DNA of 64,000 nt, from positions 7,290 to 71,289 of the forward strand of contig CALVOU010000002.1 of the NCBI GenBank assembly GCA_944350365.1, written 5' to 3'. The notes below the pieces were generated by a model. The model saw nothing but the letters and a program-made list of their open reading frames with translations. It searched no databases and had not been told where the DNA came from. Position 1 is the stretch's first letter. Each line of letters opens with the position of its first letter. Position numbers and translations under genes: made by a program. This DNA is from an uncultured Bacilli bacterium (lineage in GTDB: Bacteria > Bacillota_I > Bacilli_A > RF39 > UBA660). Shown here piece by piece: positions 25,768 through 35,729 of the stretch.

Positions 25768-26340
25768 TTATTGAATAATTTGATCAACGATACCATAATC
25801 GAGAGCTTCTTTACTATCCATAAAGTTATCTCTTTCGGTATCTTTTTCAATCGTTTCGATATCTTGGCCAGTATTGGTAGCAAGAATAGTATTCATTCTC
25901 TTCTTTACTTTTAAAATGTGTTCAGCCGCAATCTTAATTTCTGTTGCTTGCCCTTGAGCACCACCTAATGGTTGATGAATCATCACTTCAGCATTTGGCA
26001 AGATAAAGCGTTTTCCTTTTTCTCCAGAAGATAAAAGAAAAGCAGCCATACTTGCGGCCATACCGATACAGATCGTCGAAACCTTACTTTTAACAAAGTT
26101 CATCGTATCGTATATAGCCATCCCACTAGTAATCGACCCACCAGGACTATTGATATAGAGACTGATATCTTCATGGTTCAAAGAGTCTAAATAGAGTAAT
26201 TGGGCCACAATTGAATCAGAAGTACTATCGTTGATCTCTCCACTTAATAGAATAATTCTGTTTTTTAATAATCTAGAAAAAATATCATAACTTCTTTCTC
26301 CATTACTTTCTTTGTCTATGACAATAGGAACTAAACTCAT
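25768..26340 (-). CDS. clpP: ATP-dependent Clp protease proteolytic subunit
   Basis: Catalytic Ser in GMAASMAAF, His in MIHQPLGG; 190 aa. Confidence 0.95.
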   Translation of the reverse strand: MSLVPIVIDKESNGERSYDIFSRLLKNRIILLSGEINDSTSDSIVAQLLYLDSLNHEDISLYINSPGGSITSGMAIYDTMNFVKSKVSTICIGMAASMAAFLLSSGEKGKRFILPNAEVMIHQPLGGAQGQATEIKIAAEHILKVKKRMNTILATNTGQDIETIEKDTERDNFMDSKEALDYGIVDQIIQ

Positions 26341-26454
26341 TTTTCTTCACCTATATATATATTAGTAAGAAATCAAAAAAAATATTCACGCAAAAAGAAA
26401 AACTCTCCTTTCTAATTGTGAAAAAAAGTAATATAATAACTTTGAGGTGATAAC

Positions 26455-26634
26455 TTGAAAACCAAAGTTACCAATTTAAAAATAACGTCGAATAATGCAT
26501 CAAAAGGAAAAACAGTTTCGATGAGTTTATCTGATTATTATGAACTAACACGAGGAATGAAACTAAACTTTCTTGATGAAACAAATAAACATCCGGAAGA
26601 ACAGGCAAAAGTAAAACAGAAAATAAAAGAATAA
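26455..26634 (+). CDS. Possible small ORF (59 aa, TTG start) upstream of the TGS-uridine kinase gene
   Basis: GAGGTGATAAC is followed by TTG. The ORF is basic and K-rich and is missing from the ORF track, which reports an antisense ORF at 26468-26704 instead. Confidence 0.3.
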   Translation: MKTKVTNLKITSNNASKGKTVSMSLSDYYELTRGMKLNFLDETNKHPEEQAKVKQKIKE

Positions 26635-26662
26635 AATAAAAGAAAAATAAAGGGGTGCGATA

Positions 26663-28315
26663 ATGAATCAAATAACGATTACGATTGGAGAAGAAAGAGT
26701 TCAAGTAAACCGTGGAACAAGTCTTGCAGAGTTAGCAACTAACTATGCATCTAATTTTAAGTATGAGATTATTTTGGCTAAAGTTAATGGAATTTATCAA
26801 GAATTAACCGATACAATTCATAAGGATTGTCATGTAGAATTTTTAGATTTAACCGAAAGAGGTGCTAATCGAGTATTTTTGAATGGCTTAATTTATCTAA
26901 TAGTTTACGCAACAAAACAATTGTTTGGCAGTAATATGGAAATCAAAGTTAATCACTCTTTAGATAAAGGATTATATATTGAAACGAATATTCGTTTAAC
27001 GGAAGAAGATTTAACGCAATTAGAATTAAAGATGAAAGAAATTATTGTCGCTAATTTACCAATTACCAAAGTAACAGTGACAAGATTAGACGCTAAAAAT
27101 TATTTTCATGCTATTCATGATGAAGTAAAAGCAGGAATTATGGACTATGTTACTTCTACCCATGTTACTTTATACAAACTAGGCGATTTATACAATTACT
27201 TATATAGTCAGATGCCAGTTAGTACTAAAGTATTATCTCACTTTGAGTTAACGTATCTACACGAAAATGGTTTTGTACTTCGTTTCCCAACTATCTATAT
27301 GAAAGAGGGAATTAAGCCTTACCAACATCGGAAAAATATCTTTGAATTATTTCAAAGCTCTAGAGATTGGGCAAAAATGTTGAAACTAGAAAATGTAGTG
27401 GATTTAAACCGTCGAGTATCGAATAGTACGATTGAAGAATTAATTCGTATCGATGAGTTAGTCAAAAATGAAAAATTATTTGATATTGCGAAAGAAATTG
27501 TCAATAAGGGGGAAAAAGTCAAATTAGCTTTAATTGGTGGACCTTCTTCGACTGGAAAGACAACTACAACCAATAAATTAGTATTATGTTTAAAAAGTTT
27601 TGGAAAAAAACCTATTATGTTGTCGATGGATGACTTCTTTGTAGAAAGAGAAGAAACACCATTAGGAGAAGATGGAAAACCGGATTATGAGCGATTAGAA
27701 GCCGTCAATTTAGAGTTATTTGAATCGACGATTCAGAAATTATTAACTGGCGAGGAAACGCTTGTTCCAACATATAACTTTATTTTAGGGAAGAAAGAGT
27801 TTAAGAATAAAATTAAAATGAATAAAGAGGATATTCTTTTAATTGAGGGAATTCATGCGCTAAATCCCAAAGTATTAGAACATATTCCTAAGGAAAACAA
27901 AGTAACAATCTATTTGTCCGCACTTACAGAGTTAAATATAGACAATCACGCACGAGTGTCGACAACCGACAACCGCTTATTAAGAAGAATTGTTCGTGAT
28001 AATCGTACTAGAGGAAACAGTGTCGAAAGTACATTAAGAAGTTGGGCAAAAGTAAGAGAAGGGGAAGAAAAATATATTTTTCCTTATCAAGACGATGCCG
28101 AATATACTTTTAATACCGCCCATATCTATGAATTAGGTGTATTAAAAACGTTTGTCGAACCCTTACTTTATTCTGTACCTGTCGAGTCAGAATATTATAA
28201 CGAAGCGATTCGTCTAATTAACTTTTTACGAGTATTTTTACCTATCTCTTCAGAAAGTATACCAGAAGATTCTATTCTAAGAGAATTCATTGGTGGAGGA
28301 TGTTTTAGAATATAG
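26663..28315 (+). CDS. Uridine/cytidine-kinase-family nucleoside kinase fused to an N-terminal TGS/ThrRS-like domain
   Basis: The N-terminal 60 aa are TGS-like. The C-terminal half has a P-loop GGPSSTGKTTTTNKL and a PRK/uridine-kinase fold (LLIEGIHALNP). Confidence 0.75.
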   Translation: MNQITITIGEERVQVNRGTSLAELATNYASNFKYEIILAKVNGIYQELTDTIHKDCHVEFLDLTERGANRVFLNGLIYLIVYATKQLFGSNMEIKVNHSLDKGLYIETNIRLTEEDLTQLELKMKEIIVANLPITKVTVTRLDAKNYFHAIHDEVKAGIMDYVTSTHVTLYKLGDLYNYLYSQMPVSTKVLSHFELTYLHENGFVLRFPTIYMKEGIKPYQHRKNIFELFQSSRDWAKMLKLENVVDLNRRVSNSTIEELIRIDELVKNEKLFDIAKEIVNKGEKVKLALIGGPSSTGKTTTTNKLVLCLKSFGKKPIMLSMDDFFVEREETPLGEDGKPDYERLEAVNLELFESTIQKLLTGEETLVPTYNFILGKKEFKNKIKMNKEDILLIEGIHALNPKVLEHIPKENKVTIYLSALTELNIDNHARVSTTDNRLLRRIVRDNRTRGNSVESTLRSWAKVREGEEKYIFPYQDDAEYTFNTAHIYELGVLKTFVEPLLYSVPVESEYYNEAIRLINFLRVFLPISSESIPEDSILREFIGGGCFRI

Positions 28316-28446
28316 AGTTTTCCCCAAAAATGTGGAAAAATTTAGAACAAGAAGAAAATCTCGACTTTTAAAAGAAAAATCCACAGACATTGTGGAAAAA
28401 AGACAAAGACAAGCAGGATTTTCCCCAAATTCTGTGGAAAAAAGTG
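28316..28446. repeat. Three direct copies of TGTGGAAAAA(A) upstream of the gap promoter; two embedded in a longer repeat TTTTCCCCAAA..TGTGGAAAAA, the middle one a palindrome TCCACA-5 nt-TGTGGA
   Basis: The copies are at 28331-28340, 28391-28400 and 28433-28442. The longer repeat lies at 28318-28340 and 28419-28442. Confidence 0.5.
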
Positions 28447-28476
28447 ACAAGTAGGAAGTAGATTTTTTTGAATATA

Positions 28477-28506
28477 TTGACAATGCTAGGCAAAAAACTA
28501 TATAGT
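28477..28506 (+). promoter_or_regulatory. gap promoter TTGACA-17/18-TATAGT
   Basis: Consensus -35 at 28477-28482; the -10 lies 24 nt upstream of ATG 28530. Confidence 0.45.
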
Positions 28507-28529
28507 GAAAATAGAAAGAGGAGGATAAA

Positions 28530-29546
28530 ATGAAAATAGCAATTAATGGTTTTGGTCGTATTGGCCGTCTTGCTTTTCGTCAAATGTTTGGACAAAGCAA
28601 TTATGAAATTGTTGCGATCAATGACTTAACAAATCCCGAAATGTTAGCGCACTTATTAAAATATGATTCAGCGCAAAAAAAATATGAACTAGCGAATACA
28701 GTTAGTGCAACAGAAAAAGGAATCATCGTAGCTGGAAAAGAAATTCCTGTTTATGCCATTTCTAATCCAGAAGAATTACCATGGGGAGAACTTGGTGTCG
28801 ATGTTGTCTTAGAATGTACTGGTTTCTTTGCTTCTAAAGAAAAATCAGAAGCCCATTTAAGAGCCGGAGCCAAAAAAGTAATTATCTCTGCTCCAGCAGG
28901 AAACGATGTACCAACTATCGTTTATGGCGTAAATGAAAATACACTTACCAAAGAAGACCATATTATTTCGGCTGCATCTTGTACGACAAACTGTCTTGCA
29001 CCGATGGCATATGCCTTAAATAACTATGCCCCAATTATTTCAGGAATTATGACAACGGTTCATGCCTATACTGGAGATCAAATGATTCTAGATGGACCAC
29101 ATAGAAAAGGAAATTTAAGAAGAGCTCGTGCGGCAGCGATCAATATCGTACCTAATTCAACAGGAGCCGCTAAAGCAATCGGTTTAGTTATCCCTGAATT
29201 ATCTGGTAAATTAATCGGTAGTGCTCAACGTGTCCCAGTTGTAGATGGTAGTTTAACAATCCTAGACGCGGTTGTAAATAAAGAAGTAACTAAAGAAGAA
29301 ATCAATGAAATGATGAAATCCATACAAAGTGAATCTTATGGTTACACTGATGAGGAAATTGTTTCTAGCGATATCATCGGGGATACCCATGGATCAGTCT
29401 TTGATGCTACTCAAACCAAAGTAATTAGTTTAGGAGATGGCAAAACATTAGTTCAAGTAGTTGCTTGGTATGATAATGAAAATTCCTATACTAGCCAAAT
29501 GGTTAGAACAGCGAAAAAATTAGTAGAAGTTATGGAAACAATGTAG
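28530..29546 (+). CDS. gap: Type I glyceraldehyde-3-phosphate dehydrogenase
   Basis: NGFGRIGR and the active site SCTTNCLAP; 338 aa. Confidence 0.95.
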   Translation: MKIAINGFGRIGRLAFRQMFGQSNYEIVAINDLTNPEMLAHLLKYDSAQKKYELANTVSATEKGIIVAGKEIPVYAISNPEELPWGELGVDVVLECTGFFASKEKSEAHLRAGAKKVIISAPAGNDVPTIVYGVNENTLTKEDHIISAASCTTNCLAPMAYALNNYAPIISGIMTTVHAYTGDQMILDGPHRKGNLRRARAAAINIVPNSTGAAKAIGLVIPELSGKLIGSAQRVPVVDGSLTILDAVVNKEVTKEEINEMMKSIQSESYGYTDEEIVSSDIIGDTHGSVFDATQTKVISLGDGKTLVQVVAWYDNENSYTSQMVRTAKKLVEVMETM

Positions 29547-29638
29547 AAATATTTAAGAATTAAGGAAAAGAGATTTAATTCATCTCTTTTTTTTGGTATA
29601 CTAGTAATGAAAAAGAATAAAAGAAAAGAGGTTAAAGC

Positions 29639-30817
29639 ATGAAAAGAACGATTACGGATTTAAATTTGACAGGTAAACGAGTAATCATTCGTTGCGATTT
29701 TAATGTTCCAATGAAGAATGGAGAAATTGCCGATGATACGAGAATAGTAGAAAGTCTAGATACTATTCGTTATGCAGTTAGCGAGAAAGCTAAAGTGATT
29801 TTGATGTCCCATCTTGGAAGAATTAAAGAAGAAAGTGATAAGGCCAAGAATAGTTTGGCTCCTGTTGCAGAAAAATTAAGTGAATTACTTCATCATCCAG
29901 TACTATTTATCAATAGGACAAGAAGTGATACTTTAATTAAAACCGTAGAAGGAATGAAAGAAGGAGACATTCTATTAATAGAAAATACCCGTTTTGAAGA
30001 TTTGGATGGAAAGAAAGAAAGTTCAAATGATGATGAGCTTGCCACCTACTGGGCTAATTTAGGAGATATTTTTATCAATGATGCCTTTGGAACGATTCAT
30101 CGTAGTCATGCTTCCAACGCAGGAATCGGTAGTAAGTTACCAAATGCGATTGGTTTCTTAGTAGAAAAAGAATTAAAATCGTTAAGTCGCTTAGATAATC
30201 CAGAACGACCATATATTGTCATCTTAGGTGGTAGTAAAGTATCTGATAAAATTGGTGTGATCAAAAACTTGATCGAAAAGGCAGATAAAATTATTATTGG
30301 TGGTGGAATGGCATTTACCTTTTTAAAAGCAGCCGGGTACTCAATCGGAAGCAGTATTCTAGATGAAGAAAATATTGAGTTTTGTAAACAAATGTTAACC
30401 AACTATCCAAGTAAAATCGTTCTTCCTACCGATGTTCAAGCAGCGACTTCTCTAGAAGATAACAATAGTCACATAGTTAAAATTAATGACCTTTCAGATA
30501 CAGAGAAGGGATTAGATATCGGACCAGAGACAGTTAAAGAATTTTGTGATATACTAAGAACAGCCAAAATAGTAGTATGGAATGGCCCATTAGGAGTATA
30601 TGAAAATCCTAAATACAGTGTTGGAACCGAACAAATACTAAAATTCTTAACAGATAACCATATTGATACTATTTTAGGTGGTGGTGATATTGTCGCTGCA
30701 GCTAGTCAATTAGGATACAAAGATAAAGTCAGTCATGCCTCTACTGGTGGTGGAGCTACTTTAGAGTATCTAGAAGGAAAAAGTTTACCAGGACTTGAAG
30801 TAATTGCGGAAAAATAA
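29639..30817 (+). CDS. pgk: Phosphoglycerate kinase
   Basis: 392 aa with typical PGK N- and C-terminal domains (GGGDIVAA, STGGGA). Confidence 0.95.
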   Translation: MKRTITDLNLTGKRVIIRCDFNVPMKNGEIADDTRIVESLDTIRYAVSEKAKVILMSHLGRIKEESDKAKNSLAPVAEKLSELLHHPVLFINRTRSDTLIKTVEGMKEGDILLIENTRFEDLDGKKESSNDDELATYWANLGDIFINDAFGTIHRSHASNAGIGSKLPNAIGFLVEKELKSLSRLDNPERPYIVILGGSKVSDKIGVIKNLIEKADKIIIGGGMAFTFLKAAGYSIGSSILDEENIEFCKQMLTNYPSKIVLPTDVQAATSLEDNNSHIVKINDLSDTEKGLDIGPETVKEFCDILRTAKIVVWNGPLGVYENPKYSVGTEQILKFLTDNHIDTILGGGDIVAAASQLGYKDKVSHASTGGGATLEYLEGKSLPGLEVIAEK

Positions 30818-30879
30818 AAGTTTCCTCCTGGAGTTTTAAACAAGCAAAAAGATAAACATAAGAAAATGAGGAGTGTGCC

Positions 30880-31884
30880 ATGAAAAGCTTAAAGAAAAAC
30901 AGTCTAATATTAATTGGAGTCACCATAATCATTCTTTATATAGTATTAAAAGATGATTTCAACGAGATTATCGAAGCACTTCTAGGAGCTAACTTCTTCT
31001 TTTTGTTCTTAGCCCTTGTTTGCCAGCTACTAGCTGTCGTATTTGAAGCATTAGCCTATAAAAAGATTGTCAACAGTTATACAAATGATTATAGCTTTGG
31101 ACAAGCTTTGCGTATGCAGTTTATGACGAAGTTTTTTAACGGAATTACCCCTTTTTCTACAGGTGGGCAACCGATGCAAATTTACATGCTAAAAAAAGAA
31201 GGATTTCGCTTAACTAAGGCAACCAACATCATCATGCAGAACTTTATTATTTACCAAGCTGCTTTAGTAATCTATGGCCTATTTGCAATTACGATCAATG
31301 CTAATTTCCATTTATTTAAAGATATCCCTGTACTAAAGGAATTGATTGTTTTAGGATTCATGGTAAATACTTTGGTCATGCTAGGATTAATTATCATTAG
31401 TTTCAGTAGTAAATTTAACCACATAGTGATAAAGAAAGTGATTTCTTTCTTAGGAAAAATCAAACTCATAAAAAATCCAGAAAAAACTCAAGAAGCATGG
31501 AAAGAGCGTGTTGATGATTTCCATGAGGGTACGACTTTCTTAAAGAAAAATAAGTTGCTTTGTCTAGAGGCTTTTATCTATAATTTTATTTATTTAACAT
31601 TAACTTATGTAATGCCTTATTTCGTTATTGTTGCCTTAGGTGGAACCGGTGTATCCCCAATTACTGCGATTGTATCTTCTGCTTATATCTTAATTATTGG
31701 ATCATTTGTACCAATACCTGGTGCGAGTGGTGGTATTGAATACGGCTACTTAAAATTCTTTGGCTGTTTTATCGGAGGTAGCATTCTAAAAGCCTCTCTT
31801 CTAATTTGGCGAACGATATCATATTATTTATTGATGATTATTGGAGCGATTGTCTTAAATGTCAAAGGAAGGGTCAAAAAATGA
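30880..31884 (+). CDS. UPF0104 flippase-like membrane protein (MprF/LPG-synthase TM-region family)
   Basis: A 334-aa polytopic protein that overlaps the GT4 start (ATGA). Confidence 0.7.
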   Translation: MKSLKKNSLILIGVTIIILYIVLKDDFNEIIEALLGANFFFLFLALVCQLLAVVFEALAYKKIVNSYTNDYSFGQALRMQFMTKFFNGITPFSTGGQPMQIYMLKKEGFRLTKATNIIMQNFIIYQAALVIYGLFAITINANFHLFKDIPVLKELIVLGFMVNTLVMLGLIIISFSSKFNHIVIKKVISFLGKIKLIKNPEKTQEAWKERVDDFHEGTTFLKKNKLLCLEAFIYNFIYLTLTYVMPYFVIVALGGTGVSPITAIVSSAYILIIGSFVPIPGASGGIEYGYLKFFGCFIGGSILKASLLIWRTISYYLLMIIGAIVLNVKGRVKK

Positions 31885-33125
31885 GAATAGGAATTTTTAC
31901 GGAAACATATACTCCATATATTAGTGGTTTAGTCACTAGCGAAGTAATGTTGAAGGAAGCTTTAGAAAAATTAGGGCATACTGTCTATGTAGTAACGGCT
32001 AATTTAGAAAGTTTTCATTATGATTATGATGAAAAGGAACATATTTTAAGAATACCAGGTATCCCAACGGGAATATATGATTCTAGGTTAACCTCTATTT
32101 ACCCAATTAAAGCAGTCAATATTATTAAAAGCTGGAAACTGGATATTATCCATTCCCAGACTGAGTTTGCGATTGGAACTTTTGCAAGATTATTAGCTTT
32201 TCAACTAGATATTCCCTTAGTTCATACTTATCATACGATGTATGAAGACTATATACACTATGTAACGAAAGGATACTTTAATAAATCTAGTAAAAAAATC
32301 GTCGAGTATTTAACTTTGTTTTACTGTGATAAAACAGCTAGTGAATTAATTGTTCCTACGAAAAAAACGTATGATTTATTTAAAGAAAAATATAAAGTAG
32401 ATAAAAATATTCATATTATCCCAACCGGAATTGAGTTAGAAAGATTCTATAAAGAGAATATTGATTCAGAAAAGCTAGCTAAGCTAAGGAAGAAAGTGGG
32501 GCTTAAAGAAGAAGATTTTGTCGCTATCTTTGTTGGTCGTCTGGCTCAAGAAAAAAATATTATTTTCTTAATGGATGTCGTAAAAGACCTAGTGAAAAGT
32601 TGTCCAAAACTAAAATTGTTAATTGTTGGTGATGGACCAGATATGGAAGAGTATCAAGAATATGTTCAAAAAGAAAAGATGAAAGATCATATTATCTTAA
32701 CTGGAAAAGCAAAATGGGAAGAGATGCCATACTATTACCACTTGGCCAATATCTTTTTAACTGCTTCCCAATCAGAAACGCAAGGCTTAACAGTAATCGA
32801 AGCGATGGCATCAGAAGTAACGCCAATTTGTATTGATGATGAGAGTTTTGCTAATACAGTAATAGATGGATTAAATGGTAGGATTTTTAAGACGCAAGAG
32901 GAATGTAAACAAATTATTCAAGAATTATATAAAGATAGTAAACAAGTACAAAAATTATCTAAACAGGCAAGAATTAATGCCGAACGATACAGTTCTAAAT
33001 ATTTTGCTGAATCCGTATTAGATGTTTATCAATACGCGATCGATCATAAAGAAAATCGTTTAGGGGTTATTGGTAAATTAGTGGATAAAATAAAAGGTGA
33101 TAAAGATGAAATGGATAATAAGTAA
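31881..33125 (+). CDS. GT4 family glycosyltransferase (glycolipid/diacylglycerol glycosyltransferase-like)
   Basis: MRIGIFTETYTPYISG N-terminus. GT-B fold with the EX7E region (ETQGLTVIEAMASEV). The start was set at ATG 31881 rather than the longer ORF-track start. Confidence 0.75.
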   Translation: MRIGIFTETYTPYISGLVTSEVMLKEALEKLGHTVYVVTANLESFHYDYDEKEHILRIPGIPTGIYDSRLTSIYPIKAVNIIKSWKLDIIHSQTEFAIGTFARLLAFQLDIPLVHTYHTMYEDYIHYVTKGYFNKSSKKIVEYLTLFYCDKTASELIVPTKKTYDLFKEKYKVDKNIHIIPTGIELERFYKENIDSEKLAKLRKKVGLKEEDFVAIFVGRLAQEKNIIFLMDVVKDLVKSCPKLKLLIVGDGPDMEEYQEYVQKEKMKDHIILTGKAKWEEMPYYYHLANIFLTASQSETQGLTVIEAMASEVTPICIDDESFANTVIDGLNGRIFKTQEECKQIIQELYKDSKQVQKLSKQARINAERYSSKYFAESVLDVYQYAIDHKENRLGVIGKLVDKIKGDKDEMDNK

Positions 33126-33822
33126 CCATAAAATGAATTTAACTAAGGAACAAATAGAACCCTATGTTAATCGGATTTCGTCCTTAAAGTCAATGAATAA
33201 ACTTGTATTCTGCCCGAGTAATATTTATTTTCCCTATTTTCAGAATCAAGAAAATTTTCAATTAGGATCTCAAAACGTGGCTGATCGTAATATGGGAGCC
33301 TTAACTGGTGAAGTTGCGATTGAACAATTAAAGTCATTAAATGTCAAATATGTGATTATTGGTCACTCAGAACGGAGAAATATTTTAAAAGAAACGGAAG
33401 AGATGATTCATCAGAAGTTAAAACTAACTTTAGAAAACAACATGATACCGATTTTATGCATAGGAGAAAAGGAAGAAGAAATTCCAGAAAGAGAAATTAT
33501 TCTTAAGAAAGAGATTGATAATGCCTTTTCTGAACAAAGTAATCTAGATCGCGTAATTATTGCTTATGAACCAATTTGGGCAATTGGAACGGGAAGAATT
33601 CCAACCTCAGAAGAAATTACGTTAATTACGAAATGGATAAAAGATTATGTGAAAGAAAAGTATCAAGTCATTTGCCCTGTCTTATATGGCGGGAGTGTCT
33701 CTGTAAACAACATAGAAGAATTAAATACCGTATCGAATATAGACGGATACTTGATTGGTGGGACAAGCTTAGATATTGAAAAATTAAAAGTAATAATAGA
33801 AAAAACGGAGGGAGAAGTATGA
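33106..33822 (+). CDS. tpiA: Triose-phosphate isomerase
   Basis: NHKMN, IGHSERR and AYEPIWAIGTG. The start was set at ATG 33106, which has an AAAGGTGA RBS; it overlaps the GT4 3' end by 20 nt. Confidence 0.9.
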   Translation: MKWIISNHKMNLTKEQIEPYVNRISSLKSMNKLVFCPSNIYFPYFQNQENFQLGSQNVADRNMGALTGEVAIEQLKSLNVKYVIIGHSERRNILKETEEMIHQKLKLTLENNMIPILCIGEKEEEIPEREIILKKEIDNAFSEQSNLDRVIIAYEPIWAIGTGRIPTSEEITLITKWIKDYVKEKYQVICPVLYGGSVSVNNIEELNTVSNIDGYLIGGTSLDIEKLKVIIEKTEGEV

Positions 33823-33980
33823 TAGGAAATGCAGTAATCGATTGGCTAGATCGAACCTTTACCGAGATAGAGAAGTTCATTGAAAATCATTATGATAACC
33901 CACTTTTATGGATCATGATTCTGGTTATGATTTTATTAATCGTCGCTATGGCTTCTCAAGCTTTGTCAAAGAACCGCTAA
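33819..33980 (+). CDS. Possible 53-aa single-TM membrane peptide translationally coupled to tpiA (ATGA overlap)
   Basis: MIGNAVIDWLDRTF...LLWIMILVMILLIVAMASQALSKNR. A strong terminator overlaps its stop codon. Confidence 0.35.
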   Translation: MIGNAVIDWLDRTFTEIEKFIENHYDNPLLWIMILVMILLIVAMASQALSKNR

Positions 33981-34002
33981 AATTAGGTTCTTCTTTTTGT
34001 TT
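33969..34002 (+). terminator. Intrinsic terminator AAGAACC-10 nt-GGTTCTT followed by CTTTTTGTTT
   Basis: Seen directly. It ends the gap-pgk-...-tpiA transcription unit. Confidence 0.6.
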
Positions 34003-34148
34003 ACGAGTAAATCTCTTATAAATTGAGGATCTCTGTGGATATTTTTTCATACTCGACAGCATTTGACAAAAGCTTACAATATTCACTGTATCTATTTGTA
34101 AAAATATAGTGTATAATAATACTTGCGTGGAGTACGAAAGGAGAAAAT

Positions 34149-34922
34149 ATGAATAAAGTCAGAGTACTGATGATCGATGATAACATCGACCTAGTAAGCA
34201 TGATTAAGGAGTACTTTAAAGATCACGCTAGTATCGAAGTAGTATTAGAAGCAAATGATGGAGAAAGAGGTTTAGAATTAATTAAGACCAGACAGAGTGA
34301 TTACGATGTCATTATTTTGGACTTAATTATGCCAAAAAAGGATGGTCTATCCATTCTAGAGGCCATGAGAAAAGAACAAATCGATAAGAAGGTTATTATA
34401 TTAACTTCTTATAATGCTCAAGAGATGATTAGAAGAGTTTCTGAGTATGGAATCAACTACTTCATCTTAAAACCGTTTGAATTATCTGATCTAGAAAGAA
34501 GAATCGAGGACTGTGCTGACAGCAAAATATATACGAATGCCTCAATCGATATCTACCATAATAATTTACAAATTTCGATTACCAAAATATTACATGAATT
34601 AGGAATACCATCCCATATTAAGGGATATCAATATATCAGAGAAGGAATATCTATTCTCTATGAACGACCAGAAGTTATTGGTGGCATCACTAAGGAGTTA
34701 TATCCAGATATTGCGAAAAAATTTAATACGACCGTTTCTCGTGTCGAAAGAGCGATTCGTCATGCGATTGAAGTAAGCTGGAATCGTGGAGATTGGGACT
34801 TAATGGAAGAAATCTTTGGCCATAGTGTCGATATCGATAAAGCTAAACCAACCAATTCTGAATTTATTGTGACGGTTGCCGATAAATTACGGTTAGAATT
34901 CCAAAAAGATTATTGTAAATAA
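34149..34922 (+). CDS. spo0A: Sporulation master regulator Spo0A (receiver domain plus Spo0A-specific DNA-binding domain)
   Basis: The C-terminal domain matches Spo0A near-verbatim: [12 protein letters not shown]...[31 protein letters not shown]...[20 protein letters not shown]. Receiver Asp lies in [10 protein letters not shown]. Confidence 0.9.
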   Translation: MNKVRVLMIDDNIDLVSMIKEYFKDHASIEVVLEANDGERGLELIKTRQSDYDVIILDLIMPKKDGLSILEAMRKEQIDKKVIILTSYNAQEMIRRVSEYGINYFILKPFELSDLERRIEDCADSKIYTNASIDIYHNNLQISITKILHELGIPSHIKGYQYIREGISILYERPEVIGGITKELYPDIAKKFNTTVSRVERAIRHAIEVSWNRGDWDLMEEIFGHSVDIDKAKPTNSEFIVTVADKLRLEFQKDYCK

Positions 34923-34957
34923 AAGGTGTAACGATTAAGCTACACCTTTTTCTATGA

Positions 34958-35428
34958 TCATTTTCTAGGCTTAGTAAAGCCTATACCATCTAAGTTTTGA
35001 TCGGTTTCAATAAAGCCAGCTTTTTGGATAACGGCTAGACTTGATAAATTTTCTGGATCAATAAATGCTCTTAAGTTAGAAATATTTTCTTGACTTAGAA
35101 TATAATCAGTACTTTGTTGTACCGCTTTAGTACCCAATCCACGATTTCGATAATTGGGGTCAATAATGTAACGAACTTCGGCATTTACTTGCTCACTCTC
35201 TACAAAAGGAGCACTAAAGAAAACATAACCTATCGGTTGCTTCTCTTTGACAAGAACGTAATGAGCATTTAATAGACCCATATTTTTAGAAATATACAGC
35301 CCATGTTCAAAATAAGGAAGAAATCTTTTGACTTCTGGATCAGTGATTAGTCCTTCAATATAACGAATATGTTGTTCATCAAAAAAATCGACTCTTTCTA
35401 GTGTAAACTCGGGTAAAGTTATTTTCAT
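34958..35428 (-). CDS. GNAT family N-acetyltransferase
   Basis: 156 aa with an acetyl-CoA binding block (RNRGLGTKAV) and a RimJ/RimL-like C-terminus. Confidence 0.8.
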   Translation of the reverse strand: MKITLPEFTLERVDFFDEQHIRYIEGLITDPEVKRFLPYFEHGLYISKNMGLLNAHYVLVKEKQPIGYVFFSAPFVESEQVNAEVRYIIDPNYRNRGLGTKAVQQSTDYILSQENISNLRAFIDPENLSSLAVIQKAGFIETDQNLDGIGFTKPRK

Positions 35429-35729
35429 TCTATCACCATAATTGATTATATCATGGAATCAATTAAAAGAGAAAATACTCTCATACCATTTTCTAGTATT
35501 TACACAAGTTAAACAAACCAACACAACTACAAATACTTAGTCTGGTCAAAGCCTAAGTAAGAAAAATCTCTACAAAAGAACCAAATTTCTTCATTTAAAA
35601 AAAGATAAAGCTGAACTGAAAACACTAAAAACTAGAAAAAATTGGTAGAAAAAAACTACCCATGAATTGACGATAAAACCAATTTGAATTATAATGTAAA
35701 TATGAAATAATGTAAGGAGGATGCGATTT

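Noticed and set aside
26341-26454. Searched for a CtsR box (GGTCAAA direct repeat) upstream of clpP
   Set aside because: No GGTCA/TGACC heptads are present in the clpP upstream region, so no CtsR operator is called.
26468-26704. 78-aa minus-strand ORF upstream of the TGS-kinase gene
   Set aside because: It overlaps the kinase start and has no RBS. The plus-strand TTG ORF with a strong RBS is the better, though still tentative, candidate.
31806-31880. Extended N-terminus of the GT4 gene (MANDIILFIDDYW...)
   Set aside because: It would overlap the upstream flippase-like gene by 78 nt. The conserved GT4 N-terminus begins at MRIGIF (ATG 31881), with an ATGA overlap.
34021-34148. Attempted to assign sigma-A or sigma-H promoter hexamers upstream of spo0A
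   Set aside because: Several partial matches exist (TTGACA, TATAAT-like, GAGGAT). None has proper 17-nt spacing, so no promoter is called.
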